The position numbers and the translations under genes are program-made. From Dehalococcoidia bacterium (lineage in GTDB: Bacteria; Chloroflexota; Dehalococcoidia; Lucifugimonadales; Australimonadaceae): a DNA stretch of 64,000 nucleotides. The DNA lies in assembly GCA_965220205.1 (NCBI GenBank), contig OZ244812.1:2195307-2259306 (forward strand), written 5' to 3'. The notes under the pieces were generated by a model. That model was given only the letters and a program-made list of their open reading frames with translations. It was not told where the DNA came from and did no database searches. Shown here one piece after another: positions 1 through 10,152 of the stretch. Within the stretch, counting starts at the first letter, position 1. Each line of letters begins with the position of its first letter.

Positions 1-5
1 CTGCA

Positions 6-536
6 ATGGAGATTCTAGAACTCGTCGACCAACTGGACCACCTGGTCCGGAACGCGAAGAAGGTGCCCATCACAGGGCAATCGATGGTCGCCTCCGAGCG
101 CTTGCAGGAGGTCGTCGACCAGATGCGGCTGACTGTTCCGATCGATATTCAGTCGGCGCGCGACGTGCTCGACCGTCGAGAGCAGATTGTGAACCAGACG
201 ATGCTGGACGCGAGACGCATGCGCTCGACTGCCGAAGCGGACGCGCGAGCCCTCGTGGATGAGAGCGAGTTGATGAAGTCGGCGATGAAGCGCGGCGACG
301 ATATGGTGGCCGCGGCGGAGGAAAAGGCGGACCGCATCATGCGGGGCGCCGAGGCCGAGGCGCGGCGGCGCATTGCGGGCGCCGATCAATACTCCCATGA
401 CTCCCTCGCGAGCCTCGAGGAACAGGTGATCGGGCTGCTGAATGTGATCCATGCCGGGCAGCGTTCCCTCGAACCCGCTCTCCAGGCATCCTCGCAGTTG
501 TTTGGCGCAGAGCAGGGCGCGCCCACAGGTCACTAG
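6..536 (+). CDS. Conserved coiled-coil protein (DivIVA/SepIVA-like; ATP synthase subunit b-like annotation)
   Basis: N-terminus MEILELVDQLDHLV..AKKVPITG resembles the family usually found next to coaD; long A/E/R-rich helical region. Confidence 0.55.
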   Translation: MEILELVDQLDHLVRNAKKVPITGQSMVASERLQEVVDQMRLTVPIDIQSARDVLDRREQIVNQTMLDARRMRSTAEADARALVDESELMKSAMKRGDDMVAAAEEKADRIMRGAEAEARRRIAGADQYSHDSLASLEEQVIGLLNVIHAGQRSLEPALQASSQLFGAEQGAPTGH

Positions 537-598
537 GGGCTGCTTGCCGCTCAGCCCACGGACGTCGTGCTTGCTCATGCGCGGGACGCCCACCGGTA

Positions 599-628
599 CG
601 AAGGGCCCAACCCCGGTTGGGCCCTTCG
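599..628. terminator. Perfect GC-rich hairpin downstream of the first gene
   Basis: CGAAGGGCCCAACC-CC-GGTTGGGCCCTTCG; no clear U-tract. Confidence 0.4.
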
Positions 629-754
629 CCGTATGCGTGCCTCCCGTATGTCGGCCAAGGGCGTGGTGGAGTAAGCTATCGGCGTCGCGGGACGGTCCCC
701 GCCGGTATCGCCGCCGCGAGGCGCGGGCGCTGAGTCATAGCAAGGAGGCCACGG

Positions 755-1864
755 ATGGCAACCGAAGTCCGAACAAAGAGGATAGACGCTGACACGCATT
801 TCAGTCTCACGCTCGACTACGACGAGCTGAAGGACCTCATCCCCCGGAAGCAAAGCGCCGAGTTGCAAGAGGTGTTTTGGCTCGACACTATCCGCGCAGC
901 CGACCCGGACGGCGTGCTGGCGGAATTCGGCCGTCCCGGGGCTTCCCGGCCGGGCGGCAAGCCTGGCGACCCCACATGGGACGCCGAGGCGCGGATTGAG
1001 GAGATGGACCGGCTGGGATTCGATATGCAGGTGCTGAACACGCAGCGGGCCATGCCAGGACCGCTCCTCGCCGTCGACAAGCCGCTGTGGCTCCGCACGG
1101 CGCTCGCTAAGCTCTACAACAATGAGGCGGCGGCGCTACAGAGCAAGTACCCCGACCGGTTCATCTGTCAGATCACCGTTCCGTGGGACGACATCGACGC
1201 GTCGATCCGGGAGATGGAGCGGGCGAGCGCACTCGGCTTGCGCGCCGTGACCATCTGCGGAAGCTGGATGGACCAGAACCTGGACGCGTACGAGCTGTAC
1301 CCGTTCTGGGAAGCGGTGAGCGGTCTGGACCTCGCGTGTCTGGTGCACAACTTTACGCAGGGACACCGGGGGCTGATTGCGGACCACGCGACGCCCTACC
1401 CGATGGTGGGCACGGAGCGCTATCACCGGCTGCACATTGGCACGTACATGGGTTTCGGGCTCGACTACACGGTGGCGTGCGCGGCGCTGACGCTGGGCGG
1501 CGTGCTGGAGCGTTTCCCGAAGCTGCGGTTCGCTTTCTTCGAGGCGGGCGCGACGTGGATGTCGTACGCGAGGCATGGGGCTGACCGCTCGTTCTACATC
1601 GAGCGCGCCTGCTCCCGCACTGACACGCTCCCGAGCGAGCTGATCGCGCAGCACTGCATGACCGCAGTCGAGAGCTTGGAGCCGTTGGAGCAGCTGGTCG
1701 AGGCCTACGGCAGCAAGAATTTCCTGATCGGGACCGACTTCCCGCACCCGGAGTTCCAGCGCCTTCCCAACGCGCCCTCGGACATCACGGGCAAGGTCGG
1801 GCTCTCGGAAGAGGACAAGGCCAACATCCTAGGCGGCAATCTTGCTCGGGCGCTGAGGATGTAG
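755..1864 (+). CDS. Amidohydrolase family protein (amidohydro_2, ACMSD/decarboxylase-like)
   Basis: IDADTH metal motif, FFEAG, IGTDFPH, ILGGN C-terminal motif. Confidence 0.85.
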   Translation: MATEVRTKRIDADTHFSLTLDYDELKDLIPRKQSAELQEVFWLDTIRAADPDGVLAEFGRPGASRPGGKPGDPTWDAEARIEEMDRLGFDMQVLNTQRAMPGPLLAVDKPLWLRTALAKLYNNEAAALQSKYPDRFICQITVPWDDIDASIREMERASALGLRAVTICGSWMDQNLDAYELYPFWEAVSGLDLACLVHNFTQGHRGLIADHATPYPMVGTERYHRLHIGTYMGFGLDYTVACAALTLGGVLERFPKLRFAFFEAGATWMSYARHGADRSFYIERACSRTDTLPSELIAQHCMTAVESLEPLEQLVEAYGSKNFLIGTDFPHPEFQRLPNAPSDITGKVGLSEEDKANILGGNLARALRM

Positions 1865-1870
1865 GCAGCG

Positions 1871-2488
1871 ATGGCCGAGGCACGCGGAGCGCAGCTCCGC
1901 CGCACTGCCGGACCGCTATGGGCGAGCATCGAAGCGGCGGGCCCCGACGCTGGCCCAGAGCCGCTCGGCCTCGCTTTCGACGATTCGGAGGACTACGCGC
2001 GCGCCCAGTACGCCTGCCGCCGGACGTTCATCGCGTTCTACGCCTACGCCGTCCCTACGCGTGAGGCTGTCAGCGCCATCGCGGAGTTCGCTGACGGCCA
2101 CTCGGTGATCGAGGTCTGCGCGGGGAGCGGCCTGTGGGCGAGCCTGCTCGCGGCGGAAGGGATCCAGGTCTCGGCGACCGACGCCGTCCCGCCGCGCGCT
2201 GCGCCGCACTTTCCCATCGAGGCGCTCGACGCGCAAGACGCCGTGCGCGCCCACCCCGAGTGCGGCTGTCTGCTCATGTGCTGGCCGCCCAACAAGCAGG
2301 ACGCTGCGTTCCGGGCCGTCGACGCGTTCCGGGGTGGGCGGCTCGTGTACGCGGGCGACGCCCGCTTCAGCGCCGACGACAACCTCCGCACGTTGCTGGC
2401 GCGGGACTGGCAACTCGACGCCGAGCTTCCGCTTCCGTCCTGGCCCGGCCTGGACGACTACGTCCGGCTGTACACGAGGAAGCGCTAG
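1871..2488 (+). CDS. Class I SAM-dependent methyltransferase-like hypothetical protein
   Basis: VIEVCAGSGLWA motif I-like sequence; LLMCWPP. Confidence 0.55.
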   Translation: MAEARGAQLRRTAGPLWASIEAAGPDAGPEPLGLAFDDSEDYARAQYACRRTFIAFYAYAVPTREAVSAIAEFADGHSVIEVCAGSGLWASLLAAEGIQVSATDAVPPRAAPHFPIEALDAQDAVRAHPECGCLLMCWPPNKQDAAFRAVDAFRGGRLVYAGDARFSADDNLRTLLARDWQLDAELPLPSWPGLDDYVRLYTRKR

Positions 2489-2629
2489 GGACCGTCCTCC
2501 TCGGTCCTCCGCGGCGACGGGGTGAGAAGAGCAGATCATGCCCGTCCTGCTGCGATGAGGGCAGGGCGCAACTCTGCCCCCTGCCTCCGCCGCGGGAGGA
2601 GGACTTCGGGAGGGGACGAAGGAGCAGCA

Positions 2630-3985
2630 GTGAACGCAACTGATACGTTGGCCCGCCTCATCGCCGCGAGCGACGCGGCCGCCCTGCCAGGCTGGACCTA
2701 CCACGAGGCCCGACGGACGCTGATCAACATGCTTGCCGTCTCGCTGTCCGCGTCGGACGCCCCGCCTGTCCGCGCGATGACGTCGTGGGCGGCGGCAGAG
2801 GGGTCGGCGGGAGGCGCGACTGTTATCGGCTCTGGGCTGCGCGCCAGCGCGACGAACGCAGCGCTGGTCAACGGCTACATGGCGCACATCCAGGACTACG
2901 ACGATACGCACTTCCCTACCGTCCTCCACCCGACGGCGCCGGTGTGGCCGGCTGTGCTGGCGGCGGCGGAGACGACGGGCGCGACGGGCAGGGACGCGCT
3001 GGCGGCGTTCGTGCTTGGCGCCGAGACCGCGTGCCGCGTCGCGATGTCGGTGCATCCCTGGCACTACGACGCCGGATGGCATATCACGGGCACGGCGGGC
3101 GTGTTCGGCGCTGCTGCGGGCGTTGCATGGCTGCTGGGCCTGAATGCGGGCCAGACCCGTCACGCACTTGGGGTTGCGGGTACGCAGGCACTGGGGGTGC
3201 GCGAGGTGTTCGGTTCCGACACGAAGGCGCTGCACCCCGCGAAGGCAGCCAGCAACGGACTCCAGGCGGCGCTGCTGGCGAGGGAGGGGTTTACGGGGCC
3301 GGACGACATTCTGGGCGGCAGACGGGGTTTCTGGGCCGTCCTCTCAGCGGCGGGCCACTCGGAAGAGCAGCTGGTGGGCGGCTTCGGCGAGCGATGGGAG
3401 CTCCGGTCGAATGGTCTCAAGCCCTACGCGAACGGCGTTGTCTCGCACCCCTTGCAGGACGCGGTGATCTGGCTCCGCAACGAGTATGGCCTCACGCCGG
3501 ACGATGTCGTGGCAATACGAGCGCGCGTCCACCCGCTGGTCCTCGAACTGATGGACCGCGCCTCCCCGCGTTGGGGGCTCGAAGGCAAGTTCTCGTTTCA
3601 GCACTGCGCGGCGGCGGCGCTGGTCGACGGGGCCGGACACGATGCGCAGTTCAGCGACGCGCGTGTGCTCGACCCGGTCATCGCGAGCGTCCGTTCCCGG
3701 GTGACGGCGACCGTTGACCCGTCGTTGGCTGAGGAAGAGGTGTACGTCAGCATCCAGCGCGCGGACGGGACGGTGGTCGAAAGGCACATCGAGCACGCAA
3801 CGGGCTCGCCGGAGAACCCGATGAGCGATGCGGCGCTCGAGGCGAAGTACCGCGCGCTCGCGGCGCCAGTGATCGGCGAGCGCCAAGCGGACAGCCTGCT
3901 CGCGTCGGCGTGGGCGCTCGATACTGCGCGCGACGTCAGAGCGTTGACGAGGCTCATGGCCAAGCCGGACGGCCCACCGGCATGA
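2630..3985 (+). CDS. MmgE/PrpD family protein
   Basis: NGYMAHIQDYDDTH..HP, GWHITGT, GKFS, GSPENPMS motifs; GTG start at 2630 after GGAG. Confidence 0.9.
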   Translation: MNATDTLARLIAASDAAALPGWTYHEARRTLINMLAVSLSASDAPPVRAMTSWAAAEGSAGGATVIGSGLRASATNAALVNGYMAHIQDYDDTHFPTVLHPTAPVWPAVLAAAETTGATGRDALAAFVLGAETACRVAMSVHPWHYDAGWHITGTAGVFGAAAGVAWLLGLNAGQTRHALGVAGTQALGVREVFGSDTKALHPAKAASNGLQAALLAREGFTGPDDILGGRRGFWAVLSAAGHSEEQLVGGFGERWELRSNGLKPYANGVVSHPLQDAVIWLRNEYGLTPDDVVAIRARVHPLVLELMDRASPRWGLEGKFSFQHCAAAALVDGAGHDAQFSDARVLDPVIASVRSRVTATVDPSLAEEEVYVSIQRADGTVVERHIEHATGSPENPMSDAALEAKYRALAAPVIGERQADSLLASAWALDTARDVRALTRLMAKPDGPPA

Positions 3986-4911
3986 CGGAGCGCGCACTCC
4001 GCCCGCGCGCCTCGTTGGGCCCCGGCGCGCGCCCGCGCCCGGCGGTGGTCTACGCTTGGTTGGCCGTGGGCGTGGCAAGCGTGTCGGTCGCGGCCATCTT
4101 CATTCGACTTGCCGATACGGCGCCGCTAACGGTCGCGGCGTATCGCATGACGCTGGCTGCGGTGTTCGTGGCGATTCCCACCCTCGTGCGGGCACGGGGC
4201 GGGCTCGCAGCGCTCCAACGGCAGGACGTTGCTATGCTCGTCCTCTCGGCTGCGTTCGTTGCCGCGCACTTCGTGCTGTGGATCACGTCGCTGTCGCTGA
4301 CGTCGGTCGCAAGTTCCGTGCTGTTGGTGACGACGACGCCCGTGTTCGTCGCGCTGGCGTCCCACTTCTTGCTGCGCGAGCGGGTGGGCGTCGTGACGGC
4401 GGCGGCCGTGGGGTTGAGTCTCGGCGGCGGAGCCGTGTTGGCGCTGGGCGGCTGGGACGGCGACGGGCAGCGACTGCTGGGGGACGGCCTGGCGCTGGCG
4501 GGCGCCGTGGCGGTGTCCGGTTACATCATTCTGGGCCGGCGCATACGCCGGCACGTCGCCAACCTCCCCTACGTGACGGTGGTGTATTCGGCGGCGGCCG
4601 TCATGCTGTTGGCCATGGCGGTGGGGAGCGGCGCGCCGATGCTGGGGCTGCCGGCCGAGACGTACCTGTGGATGGGGTTGGCTGCACTGCTGCCCCAGGC
4701 GGTTGGCCATTCGCTGCTCAACTGGGCGCTCGGGCACATGTCGGCCACCAAGGTGACGCTCGCAGTGCGGGCGGAGCCGGTCATCGCGACGCTGCTCGCG
4801 GCGCCGGTGCTGGGGGAGGTCCCGCCGTGGACGGTCGTGCCGGGCGGTCTGCTGGTGATGGCGGGCGTGTACCTCGCCATTCGCGCCGAAGCATCGCGCG
4901 AGGCGTCCTGA
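3982..4911 (+). CDS. DMT/EamA family transporter
   Basis: About 10 hydrophobic helices; TSVASSVLLVTTTP, LLPQAVGH; ATGA overlap with the upstream stop. Confidence 0.88.
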   Translation: MTERALRPRASLGPGARPRPAVVYAWLAVGVASVSVAAIFIRLADTAPLTVAAYRMTLAAVFVAIPTLVRARGGLAALQRQDVAMLVLSAAFVAAHFVLWITSLSLTSVASSVLLVTTTPVFVALASHFLLRERVGVVTAAAVGLSLGGGAVLALGGWDGDGQRLLGDGLALAGAVAVSGYIILGRRIRRHVANLPYVTVVYSAAAVMLLAMAVGSGAPMLGLPAETYLWMGLAALLPQAVGHSLLNWALGHMSATKVTLAVRAEPVIATLLAAPVLGEVPPWTVVPGGLLVMAGVYLAIRAEASREAS

Positions 4912-6641
4912 TGCTGACCGAGCTCGCCGTGCGCAATTTCGCAGTGATCGAGGAGACGCGGCTCGCGCTCGGCGCCGGTCTGAACGTCGTGACTGGCGAA
5001 ACGGGGGCGGGGAAGTCGCTGCTGGTCGACGCGCTCTCGTTTGTACTCGGGGGGCCAGTGGACCGAGGCGTGATCCGCGCGGGCGCTGCCACGGCGTCAG
5101 TCGACGCCGTGTTCCGGCTTCCGTCGTCCTTGATCGAGCTGCGGGCCGCGTTGGCGGAGTTGGGCCACGAGCCGGACGAGGACGGCACGCTGGTGCTAAG
5201 CCGCGAGACGCACCGGGAAGGGAACACCGTCTCGCGGCTGAACGGTCGAGCCGTGCCGGTGCGCGTGGCCCGAGAGGTGGGGGAGCGGCTCGTGGACATC
5301 CACGGGCAGGGGCAGCACCTAGCGCTGTTCGATTCAGGCTTCCAGCTCGCGGTGCTCGACGCGTTCGGGGGCCTCCAGGCGAAGCGCGACGCTGTAGCGA
5401 GGGCGGTCGCCGAGGTGCGGCGTGTCGAGGCGGAGATGTCGCGGCTGATGAGCGACGCGCACAGGGTTGCCGAGCGCTCCGATCTCCTCCGATTCCAAGC
5501 CGGCGAGATTCGCGCGGCCGACCTAAGGCCTGGCGAGGAGGCCGCGCTAACGGAGGAGCGCGACGTGCTCGCCAACGCGCGAGCCGTCCAAGAGGCCTGC
5601 GCGGCCGCGTACGAGCTCCTGTACGACGCGGGGAGCAATGCAAGCGACCTGCTGGCGCAGGCAGTGCAGACGTTGCGGCGAGCGCTTGGTCCGTTGCGGA
5701 CCCTTGCGCCGAGCATCGACGCGCTGGAGCAATCGGCCGCTCAAATCGAGGACGCGGCGCGGGAGATACGAGGGTACGCGGAGAGTTTGGAGAGCGACCC
5801 GGCCCGGCTCGGCGAGATCGAGGACCGCTTGGAACTGGTGCGCCGCCTGAAGCGCAAGTACGGCGGCGGCGAGGAGGCGGCGTTGGCGTTCGCCGCGGAC
5901 GCCGAGCGCCAACTCGCGGAGGCGGAGCACGCCGACGACCGGCGCATCGAGCTCGAGGCCGGGCTCGATGAGGCTCGCCTCCATGCGGGAGGGCTGGCCT
6001 GGGAGCTCTCGCAGCGCCGCCGCGACGCCGCGGCGGCGCTCGACGGCGAGACCGCCGCACACCTGGCGGACCTCGACCTCGGCCGCGTTCGCTTCACAAC
6101 CGAGGTCGCGCAAGCCCCCGACCGCGATGGTCTGCCTTGCGGGCCGAGTCCGGAACGCTACGCGTTCACTGCCAACGGCGTCGACCGTGTCGAGTTCAGG
6201 GTCGAGACGAACCCGGGCGAGGGGGCCAAGCCGCTCGATAGAGTGGCGTCCGGCGGGGAGACGTCGCGGATCATGCTGGCGATAACCGTCGCGCTCCACG
6301 GCGCGGCGCCGACGCCGACGGTGGCGTTCGACGAGATCGACGCGGGGATCGGCGCGCGGGCAGGAGAGGTGGTCGGCCGCAAGCTATGGCTCCTGGCCCG
6401 CGACGCGCAGGTGCTCTGCGTGACGCACCTGCCGCAGATTGCGGCGTTCGCTGACCGCCACTTCCGTGTCGAGAAGGCGGAGCTGGACGCGCGCACCTAT
6501 GCGTCGGCGGCGCAGCTCGGCGACGACGCGCGGCTCGGCGAGATTGCGGAGATGTTGGGCGGACGGCGCAGCAGCGAGCTGGACGCCGCGGCTGCCCGTA
6601 TGCTCGACGCGGCCCAGGCCGCTAAGCAGGCGGCGAGCTAG
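4911..6641 (+). CDS. recN: DNA repair protein RecN
   Basis: MLTELAVRNFAVI, TGETGAGKS, IHGQ, ASGGETSR, FDEIDAG, LCVTHLPQIA; real start is ATG 4911. Confidence 0.96.
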   Translation: MLTELAVRNFAVIEETRLALGAGLNVVTGETGAGKSLLVDALSFVLGGPVDRGVIRAGAATASVDAVFRLPSSLIELRAALAELGHEPDEDGTLVLSRETHREGNTVSRLNGRAVPVRVAREVGERLVDIHGQGQHLALFDSGFQLAVLDAFGGLQAKRDAVARAVAEVRRVEAEMSRLMSDAHRVAERSDLLRFQAGEIRAADLRPGEEAALTEERDVLANARAVQEACAAAYELLYDAGSNASDLLAQAVQTLRRALGPLRTLAPSIDALEQSAAQIEDAAREIRGYAESLESDPARLGEIEDRLELVRRLKRKYGGGEEAALAFAADAERQLAEAEHADDRRIELEAGLDEARLHAGGLAWELSQRRRDAAAALDGETAAHLADLDLGRVRFTTEVAQAPDRDGLPCGPSPERYAFTANGVDRVEFRVETNPGEGAKPLDRVASGGETSRIMLAITVALHGAAPTPTVAFDEIDAGIGARAGEVVGRKLWLLARDAQVLCVTHLPQIAAFADRHFRVEKAELDARTYASAAQLGDDARLGEIAEMLGGRRSSELDAAAARMLDAAQAAKQAAS

Positions 6642-6673
6642 CACTCGCCCGGCGCCGACGCCGAGCGGCGCGG

Positions 6674-7081
6674 CTAGTCCGATAGGACGAACTCCTCCAC
6701 GATACGCGGGGCTGAGAGCAGCAACCCGTGGATGGGGCACTTGCCCGCGATGTCGCCGAGCCGTTCGCTCTGCTCGGGGCTGAGCGCTCCCGATACGACG
6801 ATGCGACTGCGGATGACGTCGACGAGGCCCGGGGCGTCGTCGGCCCTGACCCGCTCGTGGCTGAGCTCGACGCGCACTTCTTTAAGCGGCCAGTCCTTTC
6901 GCTCGGCGTACAGCCGCAGCGTCATGGCTGTTCAGGCGCCGAGGGATGCGAGCAGCAGCTCGAAGGGGTCCATGCCGAGGTCGGCGCCGGCGGGAGGAGG
7001 TTCATCGGCGACGACCGCATGCCGGTCGCTGGCGACGACGTGCGTCATGCCATTGAGGCTCGTGACCGTGACGCTCGCCAT
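6674..7081 (-). CDS. OsmC/Ohr (YhfA-like) protein with in-frame UGA, probable selenocysteine at codon 50
   Basis: ATG 7081: MASVTV..VVADEPPPAGADLGMDPFELLLASLGA-TGA(6932-6934)-TAMTLRLYAERKDW..AGKCPIH. One frame throughout; the UGA replaces the conserved Cys of LGACT. Confidence 0.85.
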
Positions 7082-7087
7082 GGCGCG

Positions 7088-8005
7088 TTAGGCGGCGGCC
7101 GCCGCCGCCGCGGCCTCGGCGGCCGCGTCGCCCTCGATGGCGGTGGTCATCGCGGTGATGGCCACTTCGATCTGGTCGTCCTGGGGCGGGCGCGTCGTGA
7201 GCGATTGGAGCAGGAGGCTGGGCGCAGCGGCGAGCCGCACGAGGGCATTGCCGCTGTGGGCGGCGTTGAACCGAATGACCTCGTACGAGATGCCGGCAAC
7301 GACGGGAATCAGGATGATGCGTGAGGCGATTCGCAGGGGGAGGTCGGGCGTGCCGAGGGTGGCGAACACGAGGATCGAGACAATCATGACGGTCAGGAGG
7401 AACGCCGTGCCGCAGCGCGGGTGGGCGGCGGGAAACATGCGGACGTGCTCGTTGTCGAGCGGCAGCGAGGCCTCGTGAGCGTGCACGGACATGTGCTCGG
7501 CGGCGTGGTAGGCGAACACGCGCTTGATGCTAGGCATCAACCCGACGAGGCCGAGGTAGACGAAGAAGATGAGGAGCCGGAGTCCGCCCTCCGCTAGGTT
7601 GCTGAGGATGGAGTTGTCCGTGTAGCGGTCGACGGCGAAGTGCGTCCCGATGAGCGGGGCTACGAAGAACAGGGCGATGCCGAGGCCGAGGGAGAAGGCG
7701 ATGGTGAGCGCGATCGCCCACGGGGGGATGGGCTTTTCGTCCGCTTCCTCGCCAGCGGCGACCTGGGACGAGTAGGTGAGGGCCTTCATGCCAATCACGA
7801 GGCTCTCGCTGAGGACGAGCGTCCCTCGTACGAAGGGGACCCGGCGCCATCGCGACGAGCTCCACGTCGGCACAGGGCGCAGCACGGTGCGGATTCCGCC
7901 GTCGGGGTGGCGGGCGGCGACCGAGTAGACGTGGCGCCCGCGAATCATCACGCCCTCGATGACGGCCTGGCCGCCGTAGATGGATGCGGGGTGCTGCTGC
8001 GCCAC
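7088..8005 (-). CDS. DUF1385 domain membrane protein
   Basis: YGGQAVIEGVMIRG, VFAYHAAEH, HPRCGTAF, LQSLTTRPP; usual position downstream of rpmE; GTG start at 8005. Confidence 0.9.
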   Translation of the reverse strand: MAQQHPASIYGGQAVIEGVMIRGRHVYSVAARHPDGGIRTVLRPVPTWSSSRWRRVPFVRGTLVLSESLVIGMKALTYSSQVAAGEEADEKPIPPWAIALTIAFSLGLGIALFFVAPLIGTHFAVDRYTDNSILSNLAEGGLRLLIFFVYLGLVGLMPSIKRVFAYHAAEHMSVHAHEASLPLDNEHVRMFPAAHPRCGTAFLLTVMIVSILVFATLGTPDLPLRIASRIILIPVVAGISYEVIRFNAAHSGNALVRLAAAPSLLLQSLTTRPPQDDQIEVAITAMTTAIEGDAAAEAAAAAAAA

Positions 8006-8106
8006 TCGTTCGCTCCGTGGACTCGCTCTTGCTGCGGGAGCGGCTGCGCTGCCAGCGCAGGACGCCGGAGCAGCGATCTCTCTGACCGGCGGCTTCCGGG
8101 AGTTCC

Positions 8107-8310
8107 CTACTGGAGGTTGAAGCGCCTCTTCAAGCGCTCGACGCGTCCCTCGGTGTCGACGATCCGCTGCTCGCCCGTGAAGAACGGGTGGCATGCGTTG
8201 CAGATCTCAACCTTGATCTGCGGCTTGGTCGCGCCGGTGACCCAGGTGTTGCCACAGGAACAGGTCACCGTGGCCTCGGGGAAGTAGGTCGGGTGAATCG
8301 CGGTCTTCAT
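8107..8310 (-). CDS. rpmE: 50S ribosomal protein L31 (Zn-binding form)
   Basis: MKTAIHPTY..CSCG..CNACHPFFTG..GRVERL. Confidence 0.98.
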   Translation of the reverse strand: MKTAIHPTYFPEATVTCSCGNTWVTGATKPQIKVEICNACHPFFTGEQRIVDTEGRVERLKRRFNLQ

Positions 8311-8312
8311 GG

Positions 8313-8579
8313 CTAACCGGCTGCCTCGGCGGGGACGACGTTGGCGCGCTTGCGCAGCTTGGAGGCGTGGTCGAAAGCGACGACGCCGTCCACGAGCGCG
8401 TAGAGAGTGAAGTCCCTGCCCACGCCGACGTTGCGCCCGGCGTGAATCTTCGTGCCGCGCTGACGGACGATGATGGTCCCGGCGCGGAGGGTTTCGCCGC
8501 CAAAGCGCTTGACGCCGAGCCGCTGCGAGTTGCTATCGCGGCCGTTCCGAGAGCTGCCGCCTGCCTTCTTATGCGCCAC
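8313..8579 (-). CDS. rpmA: 50S ribosomal protein L27
   Basis: [23 protein letters not shown]. Confidence 0.99.
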   Translation of the reverse strand: MAHKKAGGSSRNGRDSNSQRLGVKRFGGETLRAGTIIVRQRGTKIHAGRNVGVGRDFTLYALVDGVVAFDHASKLRKRANVVPAEAAG

Positions 8580-8928
8580 TGGTCTCCCCTTCGCTCTGTC
8601 CGGAAGAAGGTCCGGCCGTCACGATCTCCTTGATCGAGAGCTGGGTGAGCGGCTGGCGGTGCCCTCGCTTCACCTGGTAGCGGACCTTGGGCTTGTACTT
8701 GAAGACGATGATCTTGCCGGCCCGTCCCTGCGCGGCGACTTCGGCGACGACCTTTGCGCCCTCGACCGTCGGCTGGCCGACCTGCACGCCCGAGTCCTGC
8801 GCGACGAGGAGCACACGGTCGAGTTCGACGGTGCTGCCCTCGTCAGCGGCGAGCTTCTCGACGGCGATAGTGTCGCCGGGCTTGACGCGGTACTGTTTTC
8901 CGCCTGTCTGAACGATTGCGTAGTTCAT
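8569..8928 (-). CDS. rplU: 50S ribosomal protein L21
   Basis: [22 protein letters not shown]. Confidence 0.98.
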   Translation of the reverse strand: MNYAIVQTGGKQYRVKPGDTIAVEKLAADEGSTVELDRVLLVAQDSGVQVGQPTVEGAKVVAEVAAQGRAGKIIVFKYKPKVRYQVKRGHRQPLTQLSIKEIVTAGPSSGQSEGETSGA

Positions 8929-8943
8929 GATGACAACCACCTG

Positions 8944-8972
8944 ATTCTAGGCGGTTGGCGGGCGCCTGTAAA
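8944..8972 (-). promoter_or_regulatory. Sigma70-type promoter for rplU-rpmA-rpmE
   Basis: Minus strand TTTACA-17 nt-TAGAAT. Confidence 0.6.
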
Positions 8973-9249
8973 GGGAGTGTACTTGTTCGGTACATATGAG
9001 ACGGCGAGGTTTTGACCATCCCCGGGTCGTGCTGGCGAAGATAGTCCCTTGGGCTCTGCCAGCCAGGGGACTGGTGCGGGCGTTCCGTGTTGTAACAGCG
9101 CTCCTACCGCCGCAGCGCTGGCGTGAGCGCTGCTACCGTCCACTCCTGGTCATAGAACTCGTAGAACTCCTCCTGGTGCGTGCGGTGTGCGCTCGACGCA
9201 GCCGTTGAGCTTGGGCGGGTGGGGGGGGGCAGGACGAAGAGGCGGATGC

Positions 9250-9997
9250 CGCACTCGGAGCAGGCCGATGTCACCCCTTGACCGTCCTCGACGACCACTC
9301 CCGCTTCTCCATCCTCCTGCAGGCCTGCGCCAACGAGCGCACGGAGACGGTGCGGGAATGCCTCACCGCCGCATTCCGCCTCTACGGTCTGCCCGTCCGC
9401 ATGCTCATGGACAACGGCTTCCCTTGGGGCAACGACGCCAACCACCCGCGCACCCCGCTGACGGTCTGGCTCATGCGTCTCGGCATCCAGGTGAGCCACG
9501 GACGACCCTACCATCCCTAAACGCAGGGGAAGGAAGAGCGTTTCCACCGGACATTGAATGGGGAGCTGCTCCAGGGCCGGCGCTTCGCCGACTGGGCGAC
9601 GTGCCAGGCGGCATTCGACAGGTGGCGCGGCGTCTACAACACCGAGCGTCCGCACCAAGCGTTGGACCTCGCGACGCCGATCAGCCGCTACACGCCGAGC
9701 CCTCGGAGCTTCCCGGAGACGTTGCCGCTGATCGCATATGGAGACGGAGACCACGTCCGGAAGGTGGGAGCGGAAGGCAGGATCAGCTTCAAAGGCCAGG
9801 TGTTCAAAGTGGGCAGAGCGCTACAGGGATATCCGGTGGCGCTCCGGCCGACGGCGACCGATGGCGTTTGGAGGGGCTGGTTCATGACACATCCGATCGC
9901 GGAGGTGGACTTGCGCGGGTCGGAACCAGAGGTCAGGAGGCCCCCCATGTGTAAAGGATGTCCCCGAACACCTGTAACCCATCTCTCCGGCCTCTAC
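9250..9997 (+). pseudogene. Truncated IS481-family transposase remnant with right end
   Basis: RCHPLTVLDDHSRF..DNG.PWG..PYHP*TQGKEERFHRTL..YNTERPHQAL. Premature TAA at 9518-9520, 5' half missing; ends in TGTAAAGGATGTCCCCGAACACCTGTAACCCATCTCTCCGGCCTCTAC. Confidence 0.88.
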
Positions 9998-10030
9998 GCT
10001 TGCCGCAGGCGGTGCCGGGCGCGTATTCTG

Positions 10031-10135
10031 ACGGCGCCGCCGATTCCTCGTAGGGGAACGGCGAGCCGCCGCACAACTGAACATGGCCCGCCTGCCGCTG
10101 GGATCCCGCGTGACCGAGACGGCGCAGGGCCGGGT
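10031..10135 (+). ncRNA. pan RNA motif-like cis-regulatory leader (two hairpins with bulged A residues)
   Basis: Hairpin 1 CGCCG-A-TTCC..GGAACGGCG-A-GCC; hairpin 2 GCCGCTGGG-A-TC..GACCGAG-A-CGGC; directly upstream of the pantothenate genes. Match to the motif is from memory, not computed. Confidence 0.7.
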
Positions 10136-10152
10136 ACGCTCTTCGCATGAGA

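Noticed and set aside
2494..2605. Imperfect inverted repeat upstream of the MmgE/PrpD gene
   Set aside because: No recognisable riboswitch or RNA motif and no second copy seen; too weak to call.
4056..4910. N-terminal extension in the 861-aa RecN ORF
   Set aside because: It overlaps the DMT gene in another frame; RecN homology starts at ATG 4911.
9518..9520. In-frame stop in the IS481 transposase as possible recoding
   Set aside because: It is TAA at a Gln-type position in a 5'-truncated element; simple decay.
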